64,000 bases of DNA, taken from an uncultured Fidelibacterota bacterium. GTDB taxonomy: Bacteria; Fidelibacterota; Marinisomatia; Marinisomatales; UBA8229. The stretch lies in NCBI GenBank assembly GCA_913041945.1, contig CAJWIT010000003.1, forward strand, positions 18,813 to 82,812, written 5' to 3'. This document shows, piece by piece, positions 1 through 8,575 of the stretch. The notes beneath the pieces are model-generated. The model was not told the origin of the DNA. It ran no database searches and was given only the letters and a program-made list of their open reading frames with translations. Numbering within the stretch: the stretch's first letter is position 1; the number at the start of each line of letters is the position of its first letter. The position numbers and the translations under genes are program-made.

Positions 1-1599
1 ATGTTAAACCCGAAAAAGTTTTCCTCACATTTATTACATGGTGTTACAGGAAGTGGAAAAACAGAAATATATATTGAAATTTCCAGAAAAGTGTTAGCAT
101 GTGATCGAACAGTGATTATTCTCCTCCCTGAAATTTTAATAACCCCCCAAATTGCAGGTCGTTTCAGGGCCGTGTTTGGTGATACTGTTGCTTTATGGCA
201 TTCTAAGTTAACCCAGGCTGTCCGATCTTGGACATGGAAACGGATTTGTTTGGGTGATTTTAAAGTAATCATTGGAGCACGAAGTGCAATTTTTGCTCCA
301 GTAAAAAACCTTGGATTGATTGTTGTAGATGAGGAACAAGAATCTTCATATAAGCAGGAATATCCGGCACCAAAATATCACACCAGAGAAGTGGCATTGA
401 TGAGAGGAAAGCTTCATAAAGCCATGGTAATTATGGCAAGTGCCACCCCGAGCCTTGAAAGTTATTATAACCAGATAAAGGGGAAATTCACCTATCTTCA
501 ATTATCTCATCGCTACGGGGGAGCCAAATATCCACAGGTGTACGTTGTAGATATGAAAAAGGATCAGGAAGAGGCTGGTAAGATCGGGCAGGTATTTTCC
601 GGACTCCTGTTAGATAAGATTGAGGACAGACTAAATAAATCAGAACAGATCATTTTGCTTCAGAACCGCAGGGGTTATTCTCCAATTTTTCGTTGCAATG
701 ACTGTGGTGAGATGGAAATGTGTCCGAGATGCAACGTGACGCTGACCTACCATAAAGTTGGGAATTCTCTTCAGTGTCATTTCTGTGGTTTAAAGAAAAA
801 AGTAGTCAAATTACAATGTAAGCATTGCTCCGGTCATAATCTGGGATTACTTGGGATAGGAACGCAAAAAGTGGAAGATATTCTTATAGAATCCTTCCCG
901 GGCGCCAGGCTGGCTCGGCTGGATTTTGATACCGCCCGATCCATTTCCTCTATTACTAAATTACTTAAAAAGTTTAGTTTAGGTAAGATTGATATTTTGT
1001 TGGGAACCCAGATGATTGCAAAAGGATTGGACTTTGAAAACATAACCTTAGTTGGTATTATAAATGCAGACACAGGATTGTATCTCCCTGATTTTCGTGC
1101 AGGAGAAAGGGTGTTTCAACTGATTTATCAAGCCTCCGGTCGTTCTGGCAGGCATAAAAAACCCGGTGAAGTTGTGATTCAAACCTATGATGCTGAAAAT
1201 GCCGTTATAAAACAAGCTACGAAACTTAATCTTAAAAAATATTATAATATGGCTCTTAGCGAAAGACGTGAATTGAATTATCCTCCATTTAGCTGGATGT
1301 CCAATCTGGTATTTTCGGGTAAGAAAAAAATTGCTGTCTTGCATAAAGCTGATAAAGTTCGATCGGGGCTATCTGGAAAGTATAAAGGGCTGGATATTAT
1401 TGGGCCCGCTCCTTGTTACAGGGAAAGACTGCGAGGCAAGTACCGGATACAGATTGTTTTTAAGTCCGCTAAATCTCAAGATCAAAATGGATTAAAACTC
1501 CATCATTTTCTTCAACAAAATTTTGGTTCGGAGATTAATCAGCAGACCCATTCAGGAGTTATAACCTCTCTTGATATAAATCCTGTTTCAATACAGTAA
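1..1599 (+). CDS. priA: Primosomal protein N' (PriA replication-restart helicase), C-terminal ~530 aa. The 5' end lies upstream of the window.
   Basis: Walker A GVTGSGKTEIY lies near the window start, followed by a VVDEEQ (DExx) box. There is a Cys-rich zinc insert (CNDCGEMEMCPRCN...CHFCG...CKHCSG) and helicase C-domain motifs LLGTQMIAKGLDF and QASGRSGR. The frame is open to base 1. Confidence 0.93.
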   Translation: MLNPKKFSSHLLHGVTGSGKTEIYIEISRKVLACDRTVIILLPEILITPQIAGRFRAVFGDTVALWHSKLTQAVRSWTWKRICLGDFKVIIGARSAIFAPVKNLGLIVVDEEQESSYKQEYPAPKYHTREVALMRGKLHKAMVIMASATPSLESYYNQIKGKFTYLQLSHRYGGAKYPQVYVVDMKKDQEEAGKIGQVFSGLLLDKIEDRLNKSEQIILLQNRRGYSPIFRCNDCGEMEMCPRCNVTLTYHKVGNSLQCHFCGLKKKVVKLQCKHCSGHNLGLLGIGTQKVEDILIESFPGARLARLDFDTARSISSITKLLKKFSLGKIDILLGTQMIAKGLDFENITLVGIINADTGLYLPDFRAGERVFQLIYQASGRSGRHKKPGEVVIQTYDAENAVIKQATKLNLKKYYNMALSERRELNYPPFSWMSNLVFSGKKKIAVLHKADKVRSGLSGKYKGLDIIGPAPCYRERLRGKYRIQIVFKSAKSQDQNGLKLHHFLQQNFGSEINQQTHSGVITSLDINPVSIQ

Positions 1600-1610
1600 A
1601 TCAAACTAAG

Positions 1611-2555
1611 TTGTCAAAAGGAAAAACCAAGATAGCCATGAAATCGAAATTTATCTTTTTTTTATATTTTTATATAGTGTTTGCTGTTCAACTTTTATCG
1701 GCCCAAACATCTTATCCGGGACTAAACACCTGGTACCACCCCCAAAGTATTGCTATGGCTGGTGCGGGTTTTTCAATGCTTTCAGTAGAAAGCGATATTA
1801 AAAACCCAGCACTTTTAAATGAAAGAAAAGGATCTTTACATCTTGCACTTTTGCTGTATCCTGCAAAAATAGAGGCGGGGATTATTTCTTTATCCATGCC
1901 GCGAAGCAAAAGGGTGTATTCTTTTGGTTTAAGACATTTGAATTATGGGTTTTTTGACGGTTACGATGAATACGGAAATCAAACAGGACCCTATACATCT
2001 GGAGATGAATGGCTAACTGTTTCTGTAGGGGAAAGAAGAAAGGGAAATAGAATTGCCTTGGGGGGCACACTGGGAGGATTTTTTAGCCAGCTAGAATCCT
2101 ATCAATCGGTTCTGATGACACTTACTGTTGGGGCTCTTTTGTATATTGATGAATTTGATGCAAAGCTTGGATTATCATTGGGGAATTATGGCTTTATATT
2201 TAAACGATACACACAAACAAACGAACAACTTCCTACTAGGTTAGTAGGAAGTTTTGTTAAAAAATTAGCTCATTTACCACTTCAATTAAGTATAGATATT
2301 GGTTATGAACTAACCTCACCTCCTTGGTTTCGTCTTGGTGGAATATTTCAATTACCCTACAGGTTTCAATTAAGATGGGGGATGTCGAGTGACAAATATT
2401 TCCAGAAAACGGGAAACAGTCTTTCCTCGGATTATTTAGGCAGCTCTGGTGTTGGGCTTTCATATGCTTATGGGAGATATAGTTTTGATATTAGCGGTTA
2501 TTTTTTTGGGACAGGTGGATGGATTTCTGGTATCAGTATAAGCATTAAATTATAA
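1611..2555 (+). CDS. Putative outer-membrane beta-barrel protein (possibly PorV/UPF0164-like)
   Basis: The N-terminus is Lys-rich and followed by a hydrophobic signal-like segment ending LLSAQ. The sequence is Gly- and aromatic-rich with an alternating pattern. The motif AMAGAGFS...DIKNPALL resembles the NPA(G)L motif of PorV-type barrels. The ORF starts at TTG 1611, with an alternative ATG at 1638. Confidence 0.5.
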   Translation: MSKGKTKIAMKSKFIFFLYFYIVFAVQLLSAQTSYPGLNTWYHPQSIAMAGAGFSMLSVESDIKNPALLNERKGSLHLALLLYPAKIEAGIISLSMPRSKRVYSFGLRHLNYGFFDGYDEYGNQTGPYTSGDEWLTVSVGERRKGNRIALGGTLGGFFSQLESYQSVLMTLTVGALLYIDEFDAKLGLSLGNYGFIFKRYTQTNEQLPTRLVGSFVKKLAHLPLQLSIDIGYELTSPPWFRLGGIFQLPYRFQLRWGMSSDKYFQKTGNSLSSDYLGSSGVGLSYAYGRYSFDISGYFFGTGGWISGISISIKL

Positions 2556-2701
2556 TTAAATATCCTTTTAAAAAGGATCAGAAAGCAAAAAGACATGGCG
2601 ATAGTAAATATTGTCAAATCCCTAAAATATTTAAGAAAACAGATAGATTATGTTAATTATATTATTATTATTTATGATATGTTTAATAAATTCTTATTAG
2701 G

Positions 2702-3160
2702 ATGCTGGACCAAAAAGATCATTTACTTCTGAAACTATTGCAGGATAATTCTCGCATTTCAGCTAGTGAAGCAGGCGAGGAGTTAAAGTTGTCTGTCCCG
2801 GCAGCTTCTGAACGGATTAAAAAATTATTGGATGGAGGTTACATTAAGAAGTTCACAGCACAATTAGATTCAAAAAAATTGGGGCTTGATCTAACTGCAT
2901 TTATATCTGTAGACAGTGCATCATCCTCTCACTATGAAGATATTATCGAACAGTCAAAAACAAACGGCTCTGTACTGGAGTGTCACTCAGTTACAGGTGA
3001 AGGAAGCCATTTACTGAAAATCCGCGTGCAAAATTCAAGTAAACTTGAATCTCTTTTAAAAGAGATTCAAGGATGGCCGGGTGTTGTGCGGACACATACA
3101 TGGGTTGTACTTTCAACTTTTAAGGAAAGCACAAAATTAAATATTGAAATGAAGGATTAA
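2702..3160 (+). CDS. Lrp/AsnC-family transcriptional regulator
   Basis: The N-terminal HTH (LLKLLQDNSRISASEAGEELKLSVPAASERIKKL) is followed by a C-terminal RAM/AsnC_trans_reg-like domain. Length is 152 aa. It sits directly upstream of the glutamine synthetase gene. Confidence 0.85.
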   Translation: MLDQKDHLLLKLLQDNSRISASEAGEELKLSVPAASERIKKLLDGGYIKKFTAQLDSKKLGLDLTAFISVDSASSSHYEDIIEQSKTNGSVLECHSVTGEGSHLLKIRVQNSSKLESLLKEIQGWPGVVRTHTWVVLSTFKESTKLNIEMKD

Positions 3161-3170
3161 TGCTAAACCT

Positions 3171-3175
3171 AGGAG
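3171..3175 (+). promoter_or_regulatory. Shine-Dalgarno sequence (AGGAG) for glnII
   Basis: AGGAG lies 9 nt upstream of the ATG at 3185. Confidence 0.6.
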
Positions 3176-3184
3176 AAAAATCAT

Positions 3185-4195
3185 ATGTCAAAACTTAAAG
3201 CAGAATACATTTGGTTAGATGGTCATAAGCCAACATCTAAACTACGTTCAAAAACAAAAATTATTGATGGACCCGTGAAAACAGTTGCTGATATTCCACC
3301 GTGGGGTTTTGATGGATCCAGCACCATGCAGGCAGAAGGAAGCGATAGTGATTGTGCTCTCATTCCTGTATATTTTGTCCCTGATCCAATTCGGGGTGGT
3401 GATCATATTCTGGTGATGTCCGAGGTTAACAATGCTGATGGCACACCCCATGTTACTAACACACGTGCACCATTGAGAAAAGTAGCAGAAAAATATAAAG
3501 ATCATGATCCATGGTTTGGAATTGAACAAGAATATACTTTCTTTCTGGGCCGTAACCCACTGGGTTGGCCGGAGGGCGGCTACCCTGCACCTCAGGGACC
3601 TTTTTACTGTGGAGTTGGTGCTGATGAAGTTTTTGGGCGGGATATTGTTGAGGACCATATGGAAGCCTGTATGGAAGCCGGGATTATGATTTCTGGTATA
3701 AATGCCGAAGTAATGCCTGGCCAGTGGGAATTTCAGGTGGGGCCCTTAGGACCCTTGGCTGTTTCAGACGAATTATGGATTGCCCGTTGGCTCCTCTATA
3801 GGCTCGGTGAAGATTATGGTGTAAATGCTACCCTGCATCCAAAACCGGTAAAAGGAGACTGGAATGGCGCAGGTGCTCATGCCAATTTTAGCACGAAATC
3901 CATGAGAGAAGATGGCGGAATAAAAGTCATTGAAGACGCATGTAAAAAATTAGGGAAAGCACACAAACAACACATTGATGTATACGGTGCACATAATGAA
4001 GAGCGGCTCACGGGGTTGCATGAAACGTGTAGTATCCATGATTTCAGGTATGGTGTAAGTGACCGGGGTGCATCTGTCCGTATACCTATGGGCACAGCCC
4101 ATGCAGGGAAAGGCTACCTTGAGGATCGCCGGCCTGCTGCAAATATGGACCCCTATCAGGTTTGTGCTGCGATGATAGAAACCACTTGCAGTTAA
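3185..4195 (+). CDS. glnII: Glutamine synthetase type II (eukaryote-like GSII)
   Basis: At 336 aa it is too short for GSI or GSIII. The N-terminus KAEYIWLDG..LRSKTK and the motifs FGIEQEYTF, PQGPYYCGVG-like (PQGPFYCGVGAD), NAEVMPGQWEFQVGP, KPVKGDWNGAGAHANFS and EDRRPAANMDPY are typical of GSII. Confidence 0.9.
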   Translation: MSKLKAEYIWLDGHKPTSKLRSKTKIIDGPVKTVADIPPWGFDGSSTMQAEGSDSDCALIPVYFVPDPIRGGDHILVMSEVNNADGTPHVTNTRAPLRKVAEKYKDHDPWFGIEQEYTFFLGRNPLGWPEGGYPAPQGPFYCGVGADEVFGRDIVEDHMEACMEAGIMISGINAEVMPGQWEFQVGPLGPLAVSDELWIARWLLYRLGEDYGVNATLHPKPVKGDWNGAGAHANFSTKSMREDGGIKVIEDACKKLGKAHKQHIDVYGAHNEERLTGLHETCSIHDFRYGVSDRGASVRIPMGTAHAGKGYLEDRRPAANMDPYQVCAAMIETTCS

Positions 4196-4267
4196 CAAGT
4201 ATTCACTTTAATAATACATTAGATATAGTAAACTATAATATTGGGAGTGTTAATAGTAAGAAAGGGT

Positions 4268-4296
4268 ACCACCTATAATATATAAGGTGTTTTTGT
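4268..4296 (+). terminator. Possible rho-independent terminator downstream of glnII
   Basis: An imperfect hairpin (ACCACCT...AAGGTGT) is followed by TTTTTGTTG. The stem is AT-rich and imperfect. Confidence 0.4.
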
Positions 4297-4475
4297 TGTA
4301 TGTCAGGAGGAATTTACTACATCAGACTTCTAGATTAGCCTTTTAAGTCTCGAAGATGCCCCGCCTTTGATTTGTGGAATTACTCATTTGTGAGCTAATA
4401 TTTTATTTTGTTTAAATAATCCATAATTTTTTGTTAAGATGAAAACCAAATCATAATCATTTTAGATTAAACAGA

Positions 4476-5507
4476 ATGAAAAAACCTGTAAGAATCGCAT
4501 TGTTTGGATTTGGTAGAATCGGAAGGAATATTTTCCGGATCGGTTACGATAATCCAAACTATGAATTTGTTGCTATAAGCGATTTCGGCGAACCGGAATC
4601 ACTGCACTACCTGTTAATGCGGGATTCAATTCACGGACCTATGAAAGATGACTTCATCCTTGAAGACAATCACCTTGTTTACGGTAACCGCCGGACCCGT
4701 CTTTTGGCGGGAGGTGTGCCGGGGGCACTTCCATGGGATGCTTATGATGTGGATATTGTTCTTGATACAACTGGCGCATACCGCAAGAGGAAAGAACTTG
4801 AACCGCATTTAAAAGCTGGTGCAAAACGTGTGATTGTTTCCAAACCACCGATCGATGAAATTGATCGAATTGTAATCCCCGGATTAAACGATAAAGAAAT
4901 ACAATCCGGTGACAGAATTATTTCCACCACATCTGCGACGACGCAGGTATTAGCATTGACGTTAACTGTTTTGGACCGTGAATTTGGAGTTGAACGGGCA
5001 ATGATGACCACGGTTCATGCCTACACTTCCGATCAACCGCTGGCTGATGCCGTACGTTCAGATTTAAGACGAAGCCGCTCTGCGGTAGAGAATATTATTC
5101 CAAACGAGACCTGGTCTCCCGATTATGTGGAAACCCTGATTCCAAAATTTAAAGGGAAACTCAGTGGTGTTGCTTTTAATGTTCCTGTACCAAATGGTTC
5201 ATGTATTGACCTGACAACTGAACCCAAAGTTGTGCCCACAGTGGATGAAGTGAATGCTGCCGTAAAAAAAGCTGCTGAAAGTGAATTTAAGGATCTTATA
5301 GGTTATACGGAAGATCCCATAGTTTCCAGTGATCTTACCGCCAGTGGCGAAACCCTGGTGTTTGATTCAAAAGCAACGATGATCGCTGCTGGTAAACTGG
5401 TCAAGACAATTTCTTGGTTTGATAATGGCTGGGGATTTGGGAAAAGAGTGCTTGATGTTGTTGATTCCTATGCAACTCTGAATGACCGGGTAGAGGTGCA
5501 ATCATGA
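4476..5507 (+). CDS. GAPDH-family paralog lacking the catalytic cysteine (putative pseudo-enzyme or regulatory subunit)
   Basis: The full-length type I GAPDH fold is present, with the Rossmann motif GFGRIGRN and the His motif TTVHAYTSDQ. The active-site motif S-x-A-S-C-T-T-N-C reads STTSATTQV, with a GCG Ala codon at 4935-4937. TTGAA is replaced by NETWS, and RVPV by NVPV. The stop overlaps the next gap start (ATGA). Confidence 0.8.
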   Translation: MKKPVRIALFGFGRIGRNIFRIGYDNPNYEFVAISDFGEPESLHYLLMRDSIHGPMKDDFILEDNHLVYGNRRTRLLAGGVPGALPWDAYDVDIVLDTTGAYRKRKELEPHLKAGAKRVIVSKPPIDEIDRIVIPGLNDKEIQSGDRIISTTSATTQVLALTLTVLDREFGVERAMMTTVHAYTSDQPLADAVRSDLRRSRSAVENIIPNETWSPDYVETLIPKFKGKLSGVAFNVPVPNGSCIDLTTEPKVVPTVDEVNAAVKKAAESEFKDLIGYTEDPIVSSDLTASGETLVFDSKATMIAAGKLVKTISWFDNGWGFGKRVLDVVDSYATLNDRVEVQS

Positions 5508-6505
5508 GAATCGCAATTAACGGATTTGGAAGAATTGGACGCTCTGTCTTTCGGATACTGAATACCAGAGATGATTTTGAGGTAGTTGCAATCAACGATA
5601 TTGCTGATAATGATGCACTTACATACCTCCTGAAATATGACACGGTAATGGGACGGTTTCCGGATACTGTACATACTGAAAAAGATGTACTATATACTTC
5701 TACAAACGAAGTGAAAATGCTGGCGGAACGCAATCCAGCTGATCTACCATGGAAGGAATTAAGCGTAGATGTAGTGGTCGAAGCAACGGGTATCTTTAGG
5801 ACTACAAAATCACTGAAACAACATCTGGAAGCTGGTGCAAAACGCATTATCCTGACAGTGCCAGCAAAAGATGAAATCGACTACACTGTCGTGATTGGAG
5901 TAAATGACAAAGGATTAAACTCTGACCATAGAATCATTTCCAATGCTAGTTGTACAACAAATTGCCTTGCACCAATTTCTAAAGTTCTGAATGATGCTTT
6001 TGGAATTGAATATGGTGTGATTAACACGATTCATGCATACACAAATGATCAACGTTTGGCTGACGTTCCGCATTCTGATTGGCGGCGAAGCAGGGCTGCG
6101 GCTGAAAACATTATTCCAACCACTACAGGAGCCGCCCGTGCTGTCGGGAAAGTACTTCCTGAGCTGGCTGGGAAACTTGACGGTATTGCCATGCGTGTGC
6201 CAGTGGCTGACGGTTCGGTAGTTGATTCTGTGTTTCAGTTGAAGAAATTCGTAACTGTGGATAAGATCAATGAGGTCGTCCTGAAAGCATCACAGACATC
6301 TGGGCTTGAGAGAATATTAGAATACTCAACTCTGCCGGTGGTGTCAACAGATATCATCGGGAATCCGCATTCGTCTATTTTTGATGCACCATTTACACGG
6401 GTTGTAGAAGGCAACTTTGTAAAAACATTGAATTGGTATGATAATGAGTGGGGCTATTCAAATCGTGTTGTCGATTTGATTGGACTCCTTGGTGGTTTCG
6501 ATTAA
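5504..6505 (+). CDS. gap: Glyceraldehyde-3-phosphate dehydrogenase, type I (canonical)
   Basis: Motifs seen are NGFGRIGR, the active site SNASCTTNCLAP (Cys codon 5951-5953), TIHAYTNDQ, IPTTTGAARAV, MRVPV and WYDNEWGYS. Confidence 0.93.
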   Translation: MRIAINGFGRIGRSVFRILNTRDDFEVVAINDIADNDALTYLLKYDTVMGRFPDTVHTEKDVLYTSTNEVKMLAERNPADLPWKELSVDVVVEATGIFRTTKSLKQHLEAGAKRIILTVPAKDEIDYTVVIGVNDKGLNSDHRIISNASCTTNCLAPISKVLNDAFGIEYGVINTIHAYTNDQRLADVPHSDWRRSRAAAENIIPTTTGAARAVGKVLPELAGKLDGIAMRVPVADGSVVDSVFQLKKFVTVDKINEVVLKASQTSGLERILEYSTLPVVSTDIIGNPHSSIFDAPFTRVVEGNFVKTLNWYDNEWGYSNRVVDLIGLLGGFD

Positions 6506-6618
6506 AATATTAACGGTTCAAAACACATCAATCTAGTTTATCTGTTTTTTGGCTTATATTTTTAAAATCAGCGCAAATATATGATTTTAAGATAAATTAA
6601 CTGATATAGTTATTTTTG

Positions 6619-7437
6619 ATGGAAAACCTAATTCTAATATTCTTTTTAATAATTATAGTATCTACTATTTTTGTTTACAGATTAGTTCAAAGTGGTTCAG
6701 TATCTCTTTTTCTTTTCAAAGATAATCTCAGTTCTAGAAGAAATTACATACGGGCAGAAAAAGTAAGATTAGCTCAAGTATGTTTTGGATATAGCTATTT
6801 TCTTTTTCATTCATCAATAATTTGGGGCGTATTAAATACTTTTTTATTTTTTTCCTTAAGCTTTATTTTGAGTTTGGTTTTTGAAATAATTGGCGTAAAA
6901 ACTGGATACGTTTTTGGAAAATTTAGGTATATTGAAGATAATTGTCCTGGTCCTATAATAATTGGAGTACCTTTTGTAATTCCATTAGCGTGGTCAGGTC
7001 TTCTTTATATGTCTATTAACGTTACTTTTTTAATTCTTGGTTTGGATATTAATAATATTGCAGAATTGAAAAATTTGGATGTTATAATTATCTCAAGCAC
7101 ACTAATAACTTTATTAGACTTTGTTTTAGACCCCCTGGCTGTAAATGAAGGAAGGTGGAAATGGTTTAAGCCTGGGAAATATTATGGTGTGCCTATGAAA
7201 AATTATTTTGGCTGGTTTTTTAATAGTACTATTATATTTTTAACTTTTTCATTATTTATATCGCCTTATTCTGTCACAAATAATTACACAGCCTATTTTA
7301 ATTTTTCTCCATCAATATTATTTGTTTTGCTACCTGCTATCGCAGCCAGGCCATGCATAGAACGTGGCCTAAAATTCCCGGGTATACTTGGGTTGATTTT
7401 TACACTTTTGTTAATCGTAATTATTTTTATTTTTTAA
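6619..7437 (+). CDS. Polytopic membrane protein, carotenoid-biosynthesis-protein family (DUF422/CruF-like)
   Basis: There are about 7 predicted TM segments. The motifs GVKTGYVFGKFRY, GVPFVIPLAWSGL and LDFVLDPLAVNEGRWKWF..YYGVPMKNYFGW match my recollection of the PF04240 signature. The gene is very AT-rich. A TTG at 6616 immediately precedes the ATG at 6619. Confidence 0.55.
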   Translation: MENLILIFFLIIIVSTIFVYRLVQSGSVSLFLFKDNLSSRRNYIRAEKVRLAQVCFGYSYFLFHSSIIWGVLNTFLFFSLSFILSLVFEIIGVKTGYVFGKFRYIEDNCPGPIIIGVPFVIPLAWSGLLYMSINVTFLILGLDINNIAELKNLDVIIISSTLITLLDFVLDPLAVNEGRWKWFKPGKYYGVPMKNYFGWFFNSTIIFLTFSLFISPYSVTNNYTAYFNFSPSILFVLLPAIAARPCIERGLKFPGILGLIFTLLLIVIIFIF

Positions 7438-7473
7438 TGCAAATTAATTTATACTATTATTGAGAGTAATAAC

Positions 7474-8343
7474 ATGATTACGAAGAAAAATTTATTATAT
7501 AATTTTCTTTTTAGGGCGAGTTACAAAAAGAAAATTGGAACTTATTATCATCTTCTAGATCCACTATTTCATACAATTTCAAGTTATAATATGTTTTTAA
7601 ATCTGGGATATTCTGATGGTAGAATTAAAAGTGATATTACTACTGATCAAAAACGTATGGTCAGGGTTGTAACAGCAAATTTTAAAAAAAAGGGAAACTG
7701 GCTTGATGTGGGTTGTGGGACAGGTGCTCCTGCTTGTTTTCTTGCACAACTATACCCAAGGATAACTGTTCATGGGATTAATATTGTAGAGCATCAATTA
7801 AAGGAAGCTAACATGTTGTTAAAAGAAAATAATTTTGAAAATCGAGTAAGTTTTACGCTTGGTGATGCACAAAATATTCCATCCAATAATTGTTTCTATG
7901 ATAATGTTTATGCAATAGAATCCGCGTTTCATTTCCCGGACAAACTCCAATTTATTAGAGAAGCAAAACGGGTGTTAATTAGTAAAGGCAAAATTGCTCT
8001 GGCTGACATCGTGTTATGCTCTCATTACTATAAAAGACGAGATTGGTATAAGGTGATTATCGCGAAACACGGACTCTCTGCGAAAGAATTTTATGATGAA
8101 AAGAAATGGATGAAGAATCTAGAGATAGAAGGATTCGAAAATATAAATACTAATGATATAACTGAAAACGTATTAAGTGTATTACCAAAATGGATTGCCA
8201 TTTTAGAAAATAATGAAAATATTTTATTGAATAAATATCCAAAAATTTTCTTAATAATGGTTTCAAAATGTCTTCAGTATGTATATAATAATAAGGATCA
8301 AAACCCATTTGGCTATGTACTGATCACAGCAAATAAGAATTAA
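7474..8343 (+). CDS. Class I SAM-dependent methyltransferase
   Basis: Motif I is LDVGCGTGAPA. An acidic post-I residue and motif II-like GDAQNIP...FYDNVYAIESAFHF are present, followed by REAKRVLISKGKIALAD. The gene is AT-rich like its upstream neighbour. Confidence 0.8.
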   Translation: MITKKNLLYNFLFRASYKKKIGTYYHLLDPLFHTISSYNMFLNLGYSDGRIKSDITTDQKRMVRVVTANFKKKGNWLDVGCGTGAPACFLAQLYPRITVHGINIVEHQLKEANMLLKENNFENRVSFTLGDAQNIPSNNCFYDNVYAIESAFHFPDKLQFIREAKRVLISKGKIALADIVLCSHYYKRRDWYKVIIAKHGLSAKEFYDEKKWMKNLEIEGFENINTNDITENVLSVLPKWIAILENNENILLNKYPKIFLIMVSKCLQYVYNNKDQNPFGYVLITANKN

Positions 8344-8420
8344 AATAGTATTTAATTATCTGGATCGGAAAATACATTTTATAATCGGATCACAATCTAT
8401 TGGTGAAGTAGGAAAAAACA

Positions 8421-8441
8421 ATAAACCCCGCGGGGGTTTAT
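8421..8441 (+). terminator. Rho-independent terminator hairpin
   Basis: ATAAACCCC-GCG-GGGGTTTAT forms a perfect 9-bp stem with a 3-nt loop. It is flanked by an A-run upstream and T-rich sequence downstream, about 80 nt after the methyltransferase stop. Confidence 0.8.
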
Positions 8442-8575
8442 TGTCATATTAAGAATTAAATATTTTTTAGAACAGAAGTTGTAAATTGCCGCAATAAAGT
8501 TAAAGGCAATATTCTCAAAAATGGTTTTTTATTTTCCTCATCACTGGTAATGGGTAAATTGCTTTGAAGGATTTT

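Noticed and set aside
5401-5847. A 148-aa minus-strand ORF across the gap-like/gap junction.
   Set aside because: It is antisense to two GAPDH-family genes, has Ser/Thr/Arg-rich composition, and has no supporting signals.
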